The notes beneath the pieces are model-generated. The model was given only the letters and a program-made list of their open reading frames with translations, had not been told where the DNA came from and searched no databases. From positions 74,650,001 to 74,714,000 of the forward strand of contig OZ076409.1 of assembly GCA_964187785.1 (NCBI GenBank): a DNA stretch of 64,000 bases, read 5' to 3'. Position 1 is the first letter of the stretch, and every line of letters starts with the position of its first letter. Below are positions 11,486-26,455 of the stretch, piece by piece. The position numbers and the translations under genes are program-made. This DNA comes from Amphiscolops sp. MND2022. Lineage: Eukaryota.

Positions 11486-13656
11486 GTGGATGGTATTTTA
11501 TAACAATTAAAGTGTTTTTTTCCGGAGTTTGTGGCTTTGGAAAAAACAAAAGGCGAGAAATTGGGCACTCCAGGCTGAACCTAAAAACACCCTAAAATTC
11601 GCCCAATTTTTTCACGATCTCGAAACCCAACCGTATGATTTGGCTGAAAATTTGCATGTGGCTCCTAATCAATGAGTAATGAAAAAGTGTAGAAGTGACT
11701 TTTCCTGGGAAAATTGTTTTTGTTGCATTTTTTGCGCAATTTTGGACCCATTGTTGCGTTTTTTATGTCACTTTTGACTTTTCAGGCAAAAAACTCATGG
11801 ATGCTTTGATCCTAGCGCATCAAGTGTCTCGACCAAAAAGTTGCAGCATGTTCTTTTACGTATGCTGAGAAAATTTGGTCGCAATCGTATAACCCCGCAC
11901 TGAGATAGAGGGGGACTTCCGGTGGATTTTAGCACCCTAAAAACGAGGACCTCCTAAATTTCAGCATGAATCGGTAGTTTTAGCGTGCTCATACCCTGCT
12001 GAAACTTTGTTGGGCATAATGAGATAGTCATGATATCATGTGTTCAGTTCACCCCCATCACCCCCTGGGCCGGAAATGAACTTTTTTGTGCTTTATCATA
12101 CCGGAAGTCTCCAATTAAGCCGTTAAGCAGTCCTTGTACGAGCAACTACCAGGACATCAAAATTGAAGTACCACCTGAGGTCAACTTAATGACTACGTGC
12201 TGTCCAGTCCTGGGGTCCGCTATGACCGGAAATGGGGTCAAAACCCCCCTTTTTGGTTGTTTTTTAACAATTTGACTTGTGTTTTGTCCATATTCAAGTC
12301 ACAAAAGTCAATTGAACCAGTGTGAGAATAAACTGTATATCCACTGCGTAGACGTAACTGACACTGGCAGATACCGGAAGTAACCCCCTGTAACCGGAAG
12401 TTGTCATTTTTGACCGGAAATGATCCAAAATGTAGCGTAAAATCAGATTTTCACTGCTTTTTGAAGACAACATAATACTTTTTCAATCTTCGCGAGCTTG
12501 TATTCAGGTTCGTTTCTGTTACCCGTGCACTTTGCAACAAATATACATCGGTAAAGTTTTCTCTATAATATCGTCGGATAAAGAAATAACGTGTTTTTGG
12601 GACTTTTTTCAAAAATAGAAGACTAGATCTGTCATTTTTACCCAAAGTTTTTCAACAGTACAACCACAGTGGTTAGTCTCTGCCCAAATATATGCCTAAC
12701 AAAACTATTTGGCCCATTGGCCTCAGTTTGAGCGTTCCAGCTTTGCGTGGTCAGAAGCAAAAGTACTTGAAAAATTTTCAAACTTGTTAAAAAAAAATTT
12801 CTCACATTCATGTCTCCTAAGGTGAAGAAACTTCCATACAACTAGGGTTGCAAGTGGATGCATGTGGCAAGCCCTATAATTGAAGAGAAAAATGCCGCTT
12901 AGAACGTCTCTTTATCGTAACTTGACGTTAACGTATGGTGTTTTGAATGTGAGCTTGATAAGGCGTCGAGAAGTAAAAGTGTGTAAATGGAACCTATGTC
13001 TCGTCGAAAACTCATTGGAATACATGCAATGAGCCCCAATTGTCCTCAATTGCAGTTGCCTACTTCAACAACCTCTTTCTGGTACTTGTTACCCATTTTC
13101 ATAAGTGTCAAAATTCTTTTTAAATTCAGTTAGCAAGAAATACTTGAGTACATTTTCATCTCTCCCCAGCGGGTGAGATGAGAATGTTCTTGCCAAATGC
13201 CAGGTACTACGACCCACTTTTGTTTTAATGCGACGCATTCTCTGCTTTAGCGCATAGATTGATTAATTCGCCTGATTTTTGTATACTCTCTGACTTTTTA
13301 TTATAAATTTCTCGTCATTACTTTACATAAATTTACAACATGAAACGTTATCGTCAACGCCACATTCAGTTAGACGCCCACCATTCCGTAGGTATGTCGA
13401 GGCATACTTTTCGATTACGTATGTCAAAACGCAAACGCAATAAAAAATTCTGAAATTCTGAAACAGTGACAAACAATTTTGACTATTTGACATATGGTAG
13501 GTTTTTACATGGAACTTACACATCACTGACATTTCACAACATTCAAGCTGACGCCCACATACCAACATCAACGCTCACCGTCCGTGGGCATGCCGAGGCA
13601 TGCCCTTCGACGACGTATGGTAAATACCTTCTTACCGACGCGCACTCTCCCGCTAG
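11486..13656 (+). mobile_element. Array unit E2
   Basis: Family E body with a C1-type tail (accgacgcgcactctcccgctag). Confidence 0.7.
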
Positions 13657-15049
13657 GTGGTTGGGGCGGTCCCCAGAACGCACAAGGAGGCGCGGGGAGG
13701 GTCCTGCGCCGACGTAGAATAATTTCATATAATACTAGTATCCTACATGGGTGTTTTAGAGGCGATTTTGGAATCTAACCGTAGGATTTGGATAATTTTT
13801 TGCATGCGGCCATAACTCGAAATTCTAAGAACTTTTTCCTACTGTCATTTTCCCCGCAAATTGTTTTTTGTTGACTTATGGCCGAAAAACCGGAAATAAC
13901 GTCCTTTTTAGACGTTATATCCGAAGTGTCGTCATAACTTTTTTCCAGGGCATGCTAGCGTTCTCGTTCACTCTTACACTTAGTTGCAGCATCTCAAAAT
14001 ACAACTGGTGGAAAATTTTGGTTGCATTCGGATCACCCCCCACCGAGATAGAGGGGTTTTTTTTCCCCCCTCCAGTTTTACACCCGAAAATTGCGAAAAA
14101 GCCAATTTTGAGCATGAAGCCGAGGTTTTAGCGTACCCGCACCCTCCTGATGTTTTGTCGTACGTATTAGGGTCAATCTGTCAACATGTGTGGTTTTCAC
14201 CCCCAACCCCCCCTGGGACCGGAAATGACACTTTTTTGTGTTTTTTGGCAGAAATGAGCATTTTTCAATAGTAGGCAGTCGTTTTAGGGACTCCTAGCAT
14301 AAGATCGAAATTGGAATACAACATGATCACACCCCAGTGACAACATGTTGGCCATTTGGGGGTACCATCATGACCGGAAGTGGAGTCAAACCCCCTTTTT
14401 GTGACCTCGTTTTTACCTTGTGCACCAAAATGCCAACAACTTGAGGCCTAATGACGCATTCAAATCTGTACAAAGATAGAACGTTAGACAACCGAAGTCC
14501 CGGAAGATCTTTAGCATACACCGGAAGTTACCCCCCATGACCGGAAGTTACCCAATGTGACCGGAAATGGTCCAAAAATTAATGTAAAGTTAGTTTTTTT
14601 ACTATTTCAAGACCACTTCGTTGAACATTTTCAATCCCAAAACTAGCGTACTGGCTTGTTTTGTGAATTTATGGAAATTGATGAGCTCTATCACCCCCGA
14701 TAGCCTTCGAAGTTGACCTTGCGTCAACTTTGGAGGCTATCGAATCTGAAAATGAACAACAAAGCACATTGTTGCTCTCGTTTTTTTTCCGTTGTTTTTC
14801 CTCAAACATTCTTGAGACATATACATGGCCGTTAGTTGAAATCGATATTTTAGGCAATGTTATAGCGGGAGTAGCGACGCGTTACTCAGGCTAGTGTGGT
14901 TTTGAACTTACATTATTCAAGATAACTATGATCGTCTTAGTCAACGCCACACATTCATACCAACGCCCACCGTCTGTGGGCATGCCGAGGCATGCCCTTC
15001 GACGACGTATGACGAATCCACTCCACCGACGCTCGCAGTCCTCAGCTAG
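13657..15049 (+). mobile_element. Array unit A3
   Basis: Colinear with A1, more diverged in the 3' half. Confidence 0.7.
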
Positions 15050-16321
15050 GTGGCCGGGAATTTTTTTTCTGCTCAATTCTTTGCCAACTGGGGGAGGGGC
15101 CCCTGGTGGCTGTTACCCGAAATACATACCTACCCAATTCGTCCGCTCCGGATACGATCTCAAAACTGAGCCACACAATTTTCCTGAAACTTTGCATGTG
15201 GGCCTAAAATGAGATTGTAAGAACAATGATATAGGCGTTATTCCTGAATTTTTTCAAAAAGTTGGTCAAAAACGCAAAAAATGGGTCAAAATTGACCTCT
15301 TTTTCAACTTTTTTATTTTTGAGAGCCCATATCTCGGAACGAGGTGGCCGTAGCGGGCCGCATAAGGACTCCGTTTTTGCTGGGCACTTGATGAGGAGTG
15401 CGTGGACAAATTTTTGTCCAAATCGAAGTAAAATTGATTGAGTAATGAGTGATTTTTTGACGACCTTTTTTGCGAACCCCCTTGTATCTCTGCCATTTTC
15501 CGCCAAAATTTTCAGAAGTGATTCTACAGGAGGCAACCCCTGCCCAATTTTCTGCAAAACAAAACCATTTGGCCCTAAATACGAGGTTTCAGCGTTCTAG
15601 CATTCTCCGGTGAAAAGTTATAGGACTTAGAAATTTGTCAGTGAAACGCAAAATTTGTAAAGTCAACTTCCGGTGCCCAAAAGTCACAAAACTTTCACAC
15701 AACTAGTATTGCAAGTGAATGCATGTGGAAAGTACTGAAATAGACGAGAAAAATGAGCTATAGAACGACTCTCTACCTTAACGTGACGTTGACTTATGAT
15801 GTTTTGAATGTGAGCATCATATCTGATTTTAATGTCAAAAATGAGATTTTGTAAGTCATGTCTCATCAAAAACTCATCGGAATACGTTCAATCATCTCTA
15901 TAGCTGTTCAATTGCCGTAGCTTAGTACAGCAACGCCATTGAATGTCTTTGGACCCATTTTGAAAATTATCGATACCGTCTTATTCGTCCGATATCAGGA
16001 AACAGTTGAGTACATTCCATCTTCCCCCTTGTGGGGGAGATGAGAATGTACTCGCCAAAGACCTGATATAATGACCCATATTGGTTTTTATTTGACTTTT
16101 CTCACAATAATGCACACGGATAGCTGTGTTTGGTAAAAGTTTTCCTTTGCACCATGTCTCCAGAAGCAAAACCACTTCTTTAGCTTACTACTTCTACTCA
16201 AACATCACTAACGTCAACGCCACATACTCGCATCAACGCCCACCGTCTGTGGGCATGCCGAGGCATGCCCTTCGACGACGTATGCCAAATAGCGCCACAG
16301 GGCGCCCCCAATTTCCGCTAG
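15050..16321 (+). mobile_element. Array unit F1 (family F, 1272 bp)
   Basis: Starts gtggccgggaatt and ends atttccgctag. Related copy at 30222. Confidence 0.7.
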
Positions 16322-18499
16322 GTGGATGGTATTTTATAACAATTAAAATGTTTTTTTCCGGAGTTTGTGGCTTTGGAAAAAACAAAAGGCGAGAAATTGG
16401 GCACTCCAGGCTGAACCTAAAAACACCCTAAAATTCGCCCGATTTTTTTACGATCTCGAAACCCAACCGTACGATTTGGCTGAAAATTTGCATGTGGCTC
16501 CTAATCAATGAGTAATGAAAAAGTGTAGAAATGACTTTTCCTGGGAAAATTGTTTTTGTTGCACTTTTTGCGCAATTTTTGACCGATTGTTGCGTTTTTT
16601 ATGTCACTTTTGACTTTTCAGGCAAAAAACTCATGGATGCTTTGATCCTAGCGCATCCAGTGTTTCGACCAAAAAGTTGCAGCATGTTCTTTTACGTATG
16701 TTGAGAAAATTTGGTTGCCATCGTATTACCCCCCACTGAGATAGAGGGGGACTTCCGGTGGATTTTAGCACCCTAAAAACAAGGACCTCCTAAATTTCAG
16801 CATGAAGCGGTAGTTTTAGCGTGCTCATACCCTGCTGAAACTTTGTTGGGCATAATGAGATTGTCCTGATATCATGTGTTCAGTTCACCCCCCATCACCC
16901 CCTGGACCGGAAATGAGCTTTTTTTGCACTATCATACCGGAAGTCTCCAATTTCACCGTTAAGCAGTCCTTGTACGAGCAACTACCAGGACATCAAAATT
17001 GAAGTACCACCTGAGGTCAACATAGTGACCACGTGTTGTCCAGTCATAGGTTCCGCTATGACCGGAAATGGGGTCAAAACCCCCTTTTTTGGTTGTTTTT
17101 TAACAATTTGACTAGTGTTTGGTCCACATTCAAGTCGCGTAAGTCAATTGAATCAGCGTGAGCATAAACTGTATGTTCACTGCGTAGACGTAACTGACAC
17201 TGACAGATACCGGAAGTAACCCCCCGTGACCGGAAGTTGTCATTTTTGACCGGAAATGGTCCAAAATGTAGCGTAAAATCAGTTTTTCACTGCTTTTTAA
17301 AGTCAACTTATTACTTTTTCAATCTCCGCGAGCTTGTATTCAGGTTCGTTTTTGTTACCCGTGCACTTTGCAACAAGTATACATCTGTAAAATTTTCTCT
17401 ATGATATCTTCGGATAGAGAAATAACATATTTTTGAGACTTTTTTCAAAAATATTAGACTATATCTGTCATTTTTACCCAAAGTTTTTCAACAGTACAAC
17501 CACAGTGGTTAGTCTCTGCCCAAATTTATGCCTAACAAAACTATTTGGCCCATTGGCCTCAGTTTGAGCGTTCCAGCTTTGCGTGATCATAAGCTAAGGG
17601 ACATGAAAAATTTTCGAACTTTTTTCAAAAAAAAATCTCACATTCATGTCTCCCAAAGTGAAGAAACTTCCACACAACTAGGATTGCAAGTGGATGCCTG
17701 TGGCAAGCCCTATAATTGAAGAGAAAAATGCCGCTTAGAACGTCTCTTTATCGTAACTTGACGTTAACGTATGGTGTTTTGAATGTGAGCTTGATAAGGC
17801 GTCGAGAAGTCAAAGTGTGTAAATGGAACGTACGTCTCGTCGAAAACTCATCGGAATTCATGCAATGAACCCCAATTGTCCTCAATGGCAGTTGCCTACT
17901 GCAACAACGTCTTTCTGGTACTTTTCACCCACTTTCATAAGTGTCAAAATTCTTTTTAAATTCAGTTAGCAAGAAGTACTTGAGTACATTTTCATCTCTC
18001 CCCAGCGGGTGAGATGAGAATGTTCTTGCTTAATGCCAGGTACTACGGCCCCCTTTTGTTTTAATGCGACGCATTCTCTGCTTTAGCACATAGATATTTC
18101 ATTTCGCCTGGTTTTTTGTATACTCTCTGACTTGTTATTATAAAGTTCTCGTCATTACTTTACATAAATTTACAACCATAAATCGTTATCGGCAACGCCA
18201 CATACATTTAGACGCCCACCATTCTGTAGGTATGTCGAGGCATACCTTTCGATTACCTATGTCATAACGCAAACGCGATAAAAAGTGCTGAAATTCAGAA
18301 ACAGTGAGAAACAATTTTCACTATTTGACATATGGTAGGTTTCTATAGGGAACTTACACATCACTGACATTTCACAACATTCCAGCTGACGCCCACATAC
18401 CAACATCAACGCCCACCGTCCATGGGCATGCCGAGGCATGCCCTTCGACGACGTATGCCAAATTTTTTAAAATCTACACCCAATTGCGGTAGCTGCTAG
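16322..18499 (+). mobile_element. Array unit E3
   Basis: Almost identical to E1 (same length, 2178 bp) but with different neighbours. Confidence 0.7.
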
Positions 18500-20685
18500 G
18501 TGGAGGTTATTTTATAATAATTAAAGTGTTTTTTTCCGGAGTTTGTGGCTTTGGAAAAAACAAAAGGCGAGAAATTGGGCACTCCGGGCTGAACCGTATA
18601 CACTCAAAATTCGCCCAATATTTATACGATCTCGAAACCCAGCCGTACGATTTGGCTGAAAATTTGCATGCGGCTAAAAAATCAGATTCTAAGAACTATT
18701 TCCTGCTGACATTTTTTTGAAATTTTTGTGTACGTTTCCCCCCCGCCCCCTAAAGGGGTCAATTTTCCCCAATTTTGCACTTATGAGCCAAATTCTCAAA
18801 ACTGGTGGATCTGAGCGTATTCCCGGCGGGGACAACTTTTAACGCGCGCTCCTCAGTAGACCTTTTTGACTTTTAACTTTGGTGGTACGTTCACCCCCCG
18901 AGGAGGAAATGGCGTTTTTGTGACTTCCGGTCGAGGCTTTTTTCACCCAAAAAATAGAATTAAGCCAATTTTGAGCAGGAAGGAGTGGATTTAAAGTGCC
19001 TGTACCCTGCTAAAAATTTGTTGGGCTTGTAGCGATATATCTCATACCAAGTCTGGTTTTCACCCCCAAACCCCCCTTGGGACCAAAATTCACCCAAACT
19101 TTTTTTACCTCTGTTTGTAGTTTTTTTTGCAAAATGTCGTCATTTCCATGGGTAAGGAGTTGAATTAGGGGCTCCTAATAGGGTACCAATGTTCAAGTAC
19201 ACTTGCAGTGCAACTGAGTGACCCTTTTGGGGCCTCTCCTGTGTTCGACGAGGACCGGAAGTGGTGTAAACCCCCCTTTTTTGACGTTTGTTGACCTTGA
19301 GACTCGCGCTTAGATGACGTTTATGTCGCGCAAATCCTACAAACCAGTATTAGGATGACATGCTAGCCTACTAGAGAGCACTAAGGGAAACTATACTATA
19401 CCGGAAGTAACCCCCCGTGACCGGAAGTTGTCATTTTTGACCGGAAATGGTCCAAAACATAGCGTAAAAGCAGTTTTCATTGCTTTTAAAGTCAACTTAT
19501 TACTTTTTTCAGTCTGCGCGAGCTTGTCTTCAGATTCGTTTTTGTTGTCCGTGCACACTACAACAAATATACATCTGTAGAACTTTTGCTATAATATCGT
19601 CGGAGAGAGAAATAACGGGTTTTCGGAATTTTTTTCAAAAATGTTTGTCTATATCTATCATTTTTACCCAACGTTATTCAACAGTAGAACCACAGGGGTT
19701 AGTATCTGCCAAAATATATGCCTAACAAAACCACTCGTCCCATTGGTTGCAGTTTGAGCGTTCTAGCTTTGCCTGGTCACAAGTTGAGGGACTTCAAAAA
19801 GTTTCAAATTTTTTTGGAAAATTTTTTTTAAACGTCACGTCTCCCAAAGTTAAGAATTTTCCACACAACTAGGATTGCAAGAGAATGCACATGGTAAGAC
19901 CTATAAATGGAGAGAAAAATTCCGTTCAGAACGTCTCTTTATCGTTACGTGACGTTAAAAGATGTTGCTTTGAATGTGAATTTGATAATGCGTCGAGAAG
20001 TAAAAGAGTGTGAATGGATCCTATGTCTCGACAAATACTCATCGCAATACATACGATGAACCCCAATTACCCTCACTTTCAGTTGGCTAGTACATCAGCG
20101 TCTTCCAAGGACCGTTTACCTATTTAAAAATTGTCAAATTCATTATTAATATCAGTTAGCAAGAAATATTTGAGTACATTGTCATCTCTCCCCATCGGGT
20201 GAGATGAGAATGTTCTTGCTAAAAGTCAAGTACTACGGCCCATTTTTGTTTTATTGCGACGTTTTCTGTGCCTTAGCACAAGGATACTTTTATGTCATCT
20301 CACTTTTGTTATACAATCTGACTTGTTGTTATAAAATTCTCGTCATTACTTTACCTAAACTTACTACCATGCATCTTTAACGTCAAAGCCAAATTCATTT
20401 AGACGCCCACCATTCCGTAGGTATGCCGAGGTATGCCTTTCGAAGAAGTATGGCAAAACACAAACGGGCAAATGAAAGGGCTGAAATTCAGAAACAGTCA
20501 CAAACAATTTTGACTATTTGACCGATGGTAGGTTTTTATATGGAACTTACACATCACTGACATTTCAAAACATTCCAGCTGACGCCCACTTACAAACATC
20601 AACGCCCACGGTCCGTGGGCATGCCGAGGCATGCCCTTCGACGACGTATGGCAAATACCTTTTACGACGTCCCAACTTTCCCTAG
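18500..20685 (+). mobile_element. Array unit C2
   Basis: Family C start; unique tail cccaactttccctag. Confidence 0.7.
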
Positions 20686-22073
20686 GTGGTTGGGGCGGTC
20701 CCCAGAACGCACAAGGAGGCGCGGGGAGGGTCCTGCGCCGACGTAGAATAATTTCATATAATACTAGTATCCTACATGGGTGTTTTAGAGGCGATTTTGG
20801 AATCTAACCGTAGGATTTGGATAATTTTTTGCATGCGACCATAACTCAAAATTCTAAGAACTTTTTCCTACTGTCATTTTCCCCGCAAATTGTTTTTTGT
20901 TGACTTATGGCCGAAAAACCGGAAATAACGTCCTTTTTAGACGTTATATCCGAAGTGTCGTCATAACTTTTTTCCAGGGCATGCTAGCGTTCTCGTTCAC
21001 TTTTACACTTAATTGCAGCATCTCAAAATACAACTGGTGGAAAATTTTGGTTGCATTCGGATCACCCCCCACCGAGATAGAAGGGTTCCCCCCTCCAGTT
21101 TTACCCCCCAAATTTGCAAAATAGCCAATTTTGAGCATGAAGCCGAGGATTTAGCGTACCCATACCCTCCTGATGTTTTGTTGTACGTATTGGGGTCAAC
21201 CTGACGACATGTGTGGTTTTCACCCCCAACCCCCCCTTGGACCGGAAATGACACTTTTTTGTGTTTTTTGGTAGAATTTAGCCTTTTTCATTATTAGGCA
21301 GTCGTTTTAGGGACTCCTAGCAGGATATCGAAATTGAAATACAACCTGATCACAACCCAGTGACAACATAGTGGCCACTTGGAGGTATCATCATGACCGG
21401 AAGTGGGGTCAACCCCCCTTTTTGTGACCGCTTTTTGACCTTGTGCACCAAAATGCCAACATCTTGAGGCCTAATGAGGCATTCAAATCTGTACCAAGAT
21501 AAAATGTTAGACAACCGAAGTCCCGGAAGATCTTTAGCATATACCGGAAGTTACCCCCCATGACCGGAAGTTACCCAATGTGACCGGAAATGGTCCAAAA
21601 ATTAATGTAAAATTGAATTTTTCACTATTTCAAGACCACTTAATTGAAACTTTTCAATCTATAAACTAGCGTACTGTCTTGTTTTGCTGAATTTATGGAA
21701 ATTGATGAGCTCTATCGCCCCCGATAGCCTTCGAAGTTGACCTTGCGTCAACTTTGTAGGCTATCGATAAAGAAAAATGAACAACAAAGTACATTGTTGC
21801 TCTCGTTTTTTCCCGTTGTTTTTCCTCAAACATTCTTGAGACATATACATGGCCGTTAGTTGAAATCAATATTTAGCCCATGTTATAGCTGGAGCAGCGA
21901 AGCGTTACACAGACTAGTGTGGTTTTGAAATTACATTATTTAAATTAACAACTGACCGTCTTAGTCAACTCCACACATTCATACCAACGCCCACCGTCTG
22001 TGGGCATGCCGAGGCATGCCCTTCGACGACGTATGACGAATCCACTCCAACGACACCCGCAGTCCTCAGCTAG
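20686..22073 (+). mobile_element. Array unit A4
   Basis: Colinear with A1. Confidence 0.7.
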
Positions 22074-24264
22074 GTGGAGGTTATTTTATAATAATTAAAG
22101 TGTTTTTTTCCGGAGTTTGTGGCTTTGGAAAAAACAAAAGGCGAGAAATTGGGCACTCCGGGCTGAACCGTATACACTCAAAATTCGCCCAATATTTATA
22201 CGATCTCGAAACCCAGCCGTACGATTTGGCTGAAAATTTGCATGCGGCTAAAGAATCAGATTCTAAGAATTATTTCCTGCTGACAATTTTTTGAAATTTT
22301 TGTGTACGTTTCCCCCCCGCCCCCTAAAGGGGTCAATTTTCCCCAATTTTGCACTTATGAGTCAAATTCTCAAAACTGGTGGATCTGAGCGCATTCCCGA
22401 CGGGGACAACTTTTAACAATCGCTCTTCAGTAGACCATTTTGAATTTTTACTTTGGTGGTACGTTCACCCCCCAAGGAGGAAATGGCGTTTTTGTGACTT
22501 CCGGTCGAGACTTTTTTCACCCAAAAAATAGAAATAAGCCAGTTTTGAGCAGGAAGGAGTGGATTTAAAGTGTCTGTACCCTGCTAAAAATTTGTTGGGC
22601 TTGTAGCGATATATCTCATACCAAGTCTGGTTTTCACCCCCAAACCCCCCTCGAGACCAAAATTCACCCAAACGTTTTACCTCTATTTGTGGTTTTTTCA
22701 CAAAATGTCGTCATTTCCATCGGCAAAGATTTGAATTAGGGGCTCCTAATAGGGTACCAAAGTTCAAGTACACTTGGAGTGCAACTAAGTGACCCTTTTT
22801 GGGCCTCTCGTGTGTTCGGCAATGACCGGAAGTGGTATTAACCCCCCTTTTTTGACGTTTGTTGACCTTGAGACTCGTGCTTAGATGACGTTTATGTCGC
22901 GCAAATCCTACAAACCAGTATTAGGATGACATGCTAGCCAACTAGAGAGCAATAAGGGAAACTATACTATACCGGAAGTAACCCCCTCTTGACCGGAAGT
23001 TGTCATTTTTGACCGGAAATGGTCCAAAACCTAGCGTGAAAGCAGTTTTTCATTGCTTTTAAAGTCAACTTATTACTTTTTTCACTCTGCGCGAGCTTGC
23101 CTTCAGGTTCGTTAGTGTTGCCCGTGCACACTGCAACAAATATACATCTGTAACATTTTCGCTATAATATCGTCGGAGAGAGAAATAACGGGTTTTTGGG
23201 ATTTTTTTCAAAAATATTAGTCTTTATCTGTCATTTTTACCCAACGTCGTTATTGAACAGTAGAACCATAGGGGTTAGTCTTTGCCCAAATATATGCCTA
23301 ACACAAGCACTTGTCCCATTGGTTGCAGTTTGAGCGTTCTAGCTTTGCCTGGTCACAAGTTAGGGGACTTGAAAAACTTTCAAAATCATTTCCGAAATTT
23401 TTTTCTATACGTCACGTCTCCCAAAGTTAAGAAACTTCCTCACAACTAGGACTGCAAGTGAAAGCATGTGGTAAGACCTATAAATGGAGAGAAAAACTCC
23501 GTTTAGAACGTCTCTTTATCGTAACGTGACGTTAAGAGATGTTGCTTTGAATGTGAGTTTGATAATGCGTCGAGAAGTAAAAGTGTGTAAATGGAACCTT
23601 TGTCTCGATAAATACTCATCGCAATACTTGCGATGAACCCCAATTACCCTCAGTTTCAGTTGCTTAGTACATCAACGTCCTCCAAGGACCTTTATCTATT
23701 TTGAAAAGTGTCGAAATCATTATTAAAATCAGTTATCAAGAAACACTTGAGTACATTCTCATCTCTCCCCATCGGGTGAGATGAGAATGTTCTTGCTAAA
23801 AGCCAGGTACTACGGCCCCCTTTTGTTTTGATGCGATGCATTCTCTGCTTTAGCACATAGATATTTTATTTCGCCTCATTGTTTGTATACTCTCTGACTT
23901 GTTGTTATAAATCTCTCGTCATTACTTTACATAAATATACAACCGAAAATCATCATCGTCACGCCACATACATTTAGACGCCCACCATTCCGTAGGTATG
24001 TCGAGGCATACCTTTCGATTACGAATGTCAAAACGCAAACGCGATAAAAAGTGATGAATGTCTGAAACAGTGACAAACACTTTTGACTATTTGACATATG
24101 GTAGGTTTTAATATGGGAGTTACACATCACTGACATTTCACATCATTCCAGCTGACGCCCACATACCAACAACAACGCCCACCGTCCGTGGGCATGCCGA
24201 GGCATGCCCTTCGACGACGTATGCCAATTTCTGTAAATCTACACCCAATTGCGGTAGCGGCTAG
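22074..24264 (+). mobile_element. Array unit C3
   Basis: Family C body with an E1-type tail (tctacacccaattgcggtagcggctag). Confidence 0.7.
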
Positions 24265-26455
24265 GTGGAGGTTATTTTATAATAATTAAAGTGTTTTTTT
24301 CCGGAGTTTGTGGCTTTGGAAAAAACAAAAGGCGAGAAATTGGGCACTCCGGGCTGAACCGTATACACTCAAAATTCGCCCAATATTTATACGATCTCGA
24401 AACCCAGCCGTACGATTTGGCTGAAAATTTGCATGCGGCTAAAAAATCAGATTCTAAGAACTATTTCCTGCTGACATTTTTTTGAAATTTTTGTGTACGT
24501 TTCCCCCCCGCCCCCTAAAGGGGTCAATTTTCCCCAATTTTGCACTTATGAGTCAAATTCTCAAAACTGGTGGATCTGAGCGTATTCCCAGCGGGGACAA
24601 CTTTTAACAAGCGCTCTTCAGTAGACCTTTTTGACTTTTTACTTTGGTGGTAGGTTCACCCCCCAAGGAGGAAATGGCGTTTTTGTGACTTCCGGTCGAG
24701 ACTTTTTTCACCCAAAAAATTGAAATAAGCCAGTTTTGAGCAGGAAGGAGTGGATTTGAAGTGTCTGTACCCTGCTAAAAATTTGTTGGGCTTGTAGCGA
24801 TATATCTCATACCAAGTCTGGTTTTCATCCCCAAACCCCCCTTGAGACCAAAATTCAAACAAACATTTTACCTCTATTTGTCGTTTTTTTCACAAAATGT
24901 CGTCATTTCTATCGGCAAAGATTTGAATTAGGGGCTCCTAATAGCGTACCAAAGTTCAAGTACACTTGGAGTGCAATTGAGTGACCCTTTTTGGGCCTCT
25001 CGTGTGTTCGGCAATGACCGGAAGTGGTATAAACCCCCCTTTTTTGACGTTTGTTGACCTTGAGACTCGCGCTTAGATGACGTTTGTGTCGCGCAAATCC
25101 TACAAACCAGTATTAGGATGACATGCTAGCCAACTAGAGAGCAATAAGGGAAACTATACTATACCGGAAGTAACCCCCTCTTGACCGGAAGTTGTCATTT
25201 TTGACCGGAAATGGTCCAAAACCTAGCGTGAAAGCAGTTTTTCATTGCTTTTAATGTCAACTTAATACTTTTTTCACTCTGCGCGAGCTTGCCTTCAGGT
25301 CCGTTAGTGTTGCCCGTGCACACTGCAACAAATATACATCTGTAAAGATTTGGCTATAATTTCGTCGGAGAGAGAAATAACGGATTTTTGTGATTTTTTT
25401 TCAAAAATATTAGTCTTTATCTGTCATTTTTACTCAACGTTATTGAACAGTAGAACCACAGGTGTTAGTCTCTGCACAAATATATGTCTAACAAAAGCAC
25501 TTGTTCCATTGGTTGCAGTTTGAGCGATCTAGTTTTGCCTCGTCACAAGTTAGGGGACTTGAAAAACTTTCAAAATCTTTTCCGAACTTTTTTCTAAACG
25601 TCACGTCTCTCAAAGTTAAGAAACTTCCTCACAACTAGGACTGCAAGTGAATGCATGTGGTAAGACCTATAAATGGAGAGAAAAACTCCGTTTAGGACGT
25701 CTCTTTATCTTAACGTGACGCTAAGAGATGTTGCTTTGAATGTGAGTTTGATAATGCGTCGAGAAGTAAAAGCGTGTAAATGGAACCTTTGTCTCGATAA
25801 ATACTCATTGCACAACACGCGATGAACCCCAATTACCCTCAGTTTCAGTTGTTTAGTACATCAACGTCTTCCAAAGACCTTTTATCTATTTTGAAAAGTG
25901 TCGAAATCAATATTGATATCAGTTATCATGAAACACTTGAGTACATTCTCATCTCTCCCCATCGGGTGAGATGAGAATGTTCTTGCTAAAAGCCAGGTAC
26001 TACGGCTCCCTTTTGTTTTAATACGATGCATTCTCTGCTTTAGCACATATATATTTTATTTCGCCTGATTGCTTGTATACTCTCTGACTTGTTGTTATAA
26101 ATCTCTCGTCATTACTTTACATAAATATACAACCAAAAATCATTATCGTCAACGCCACATACATTTAGACGCCCACCATTCCGTAGGTATGTCGAGGCAT
26201 ACCTTTCGATTACGTATGTCAAAACGCAAACGCGATAAAAAGTGCTGAAAGTCTGAAACAGTGACAAACAATTTAGACTATTTGACATATGGTAGGTTTT
26301 AATATGGGAGTTACACATCACTGACATTTCACATCATTCCAGCTGACGCCCACATACCAACATCAACGCCCACCGTCCGTGGGCATGCCGAGGCATGCCC
26401 TTCGACGACGTATGCCAATTTCTGCATATCTACACTCAATTGCGGTAGCAGCTAG
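24265..26455 (+). mobile_element. Array unit C4
   Basis: Family C body; tail caattgcggtagcagctag. Confidence 0.7.
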
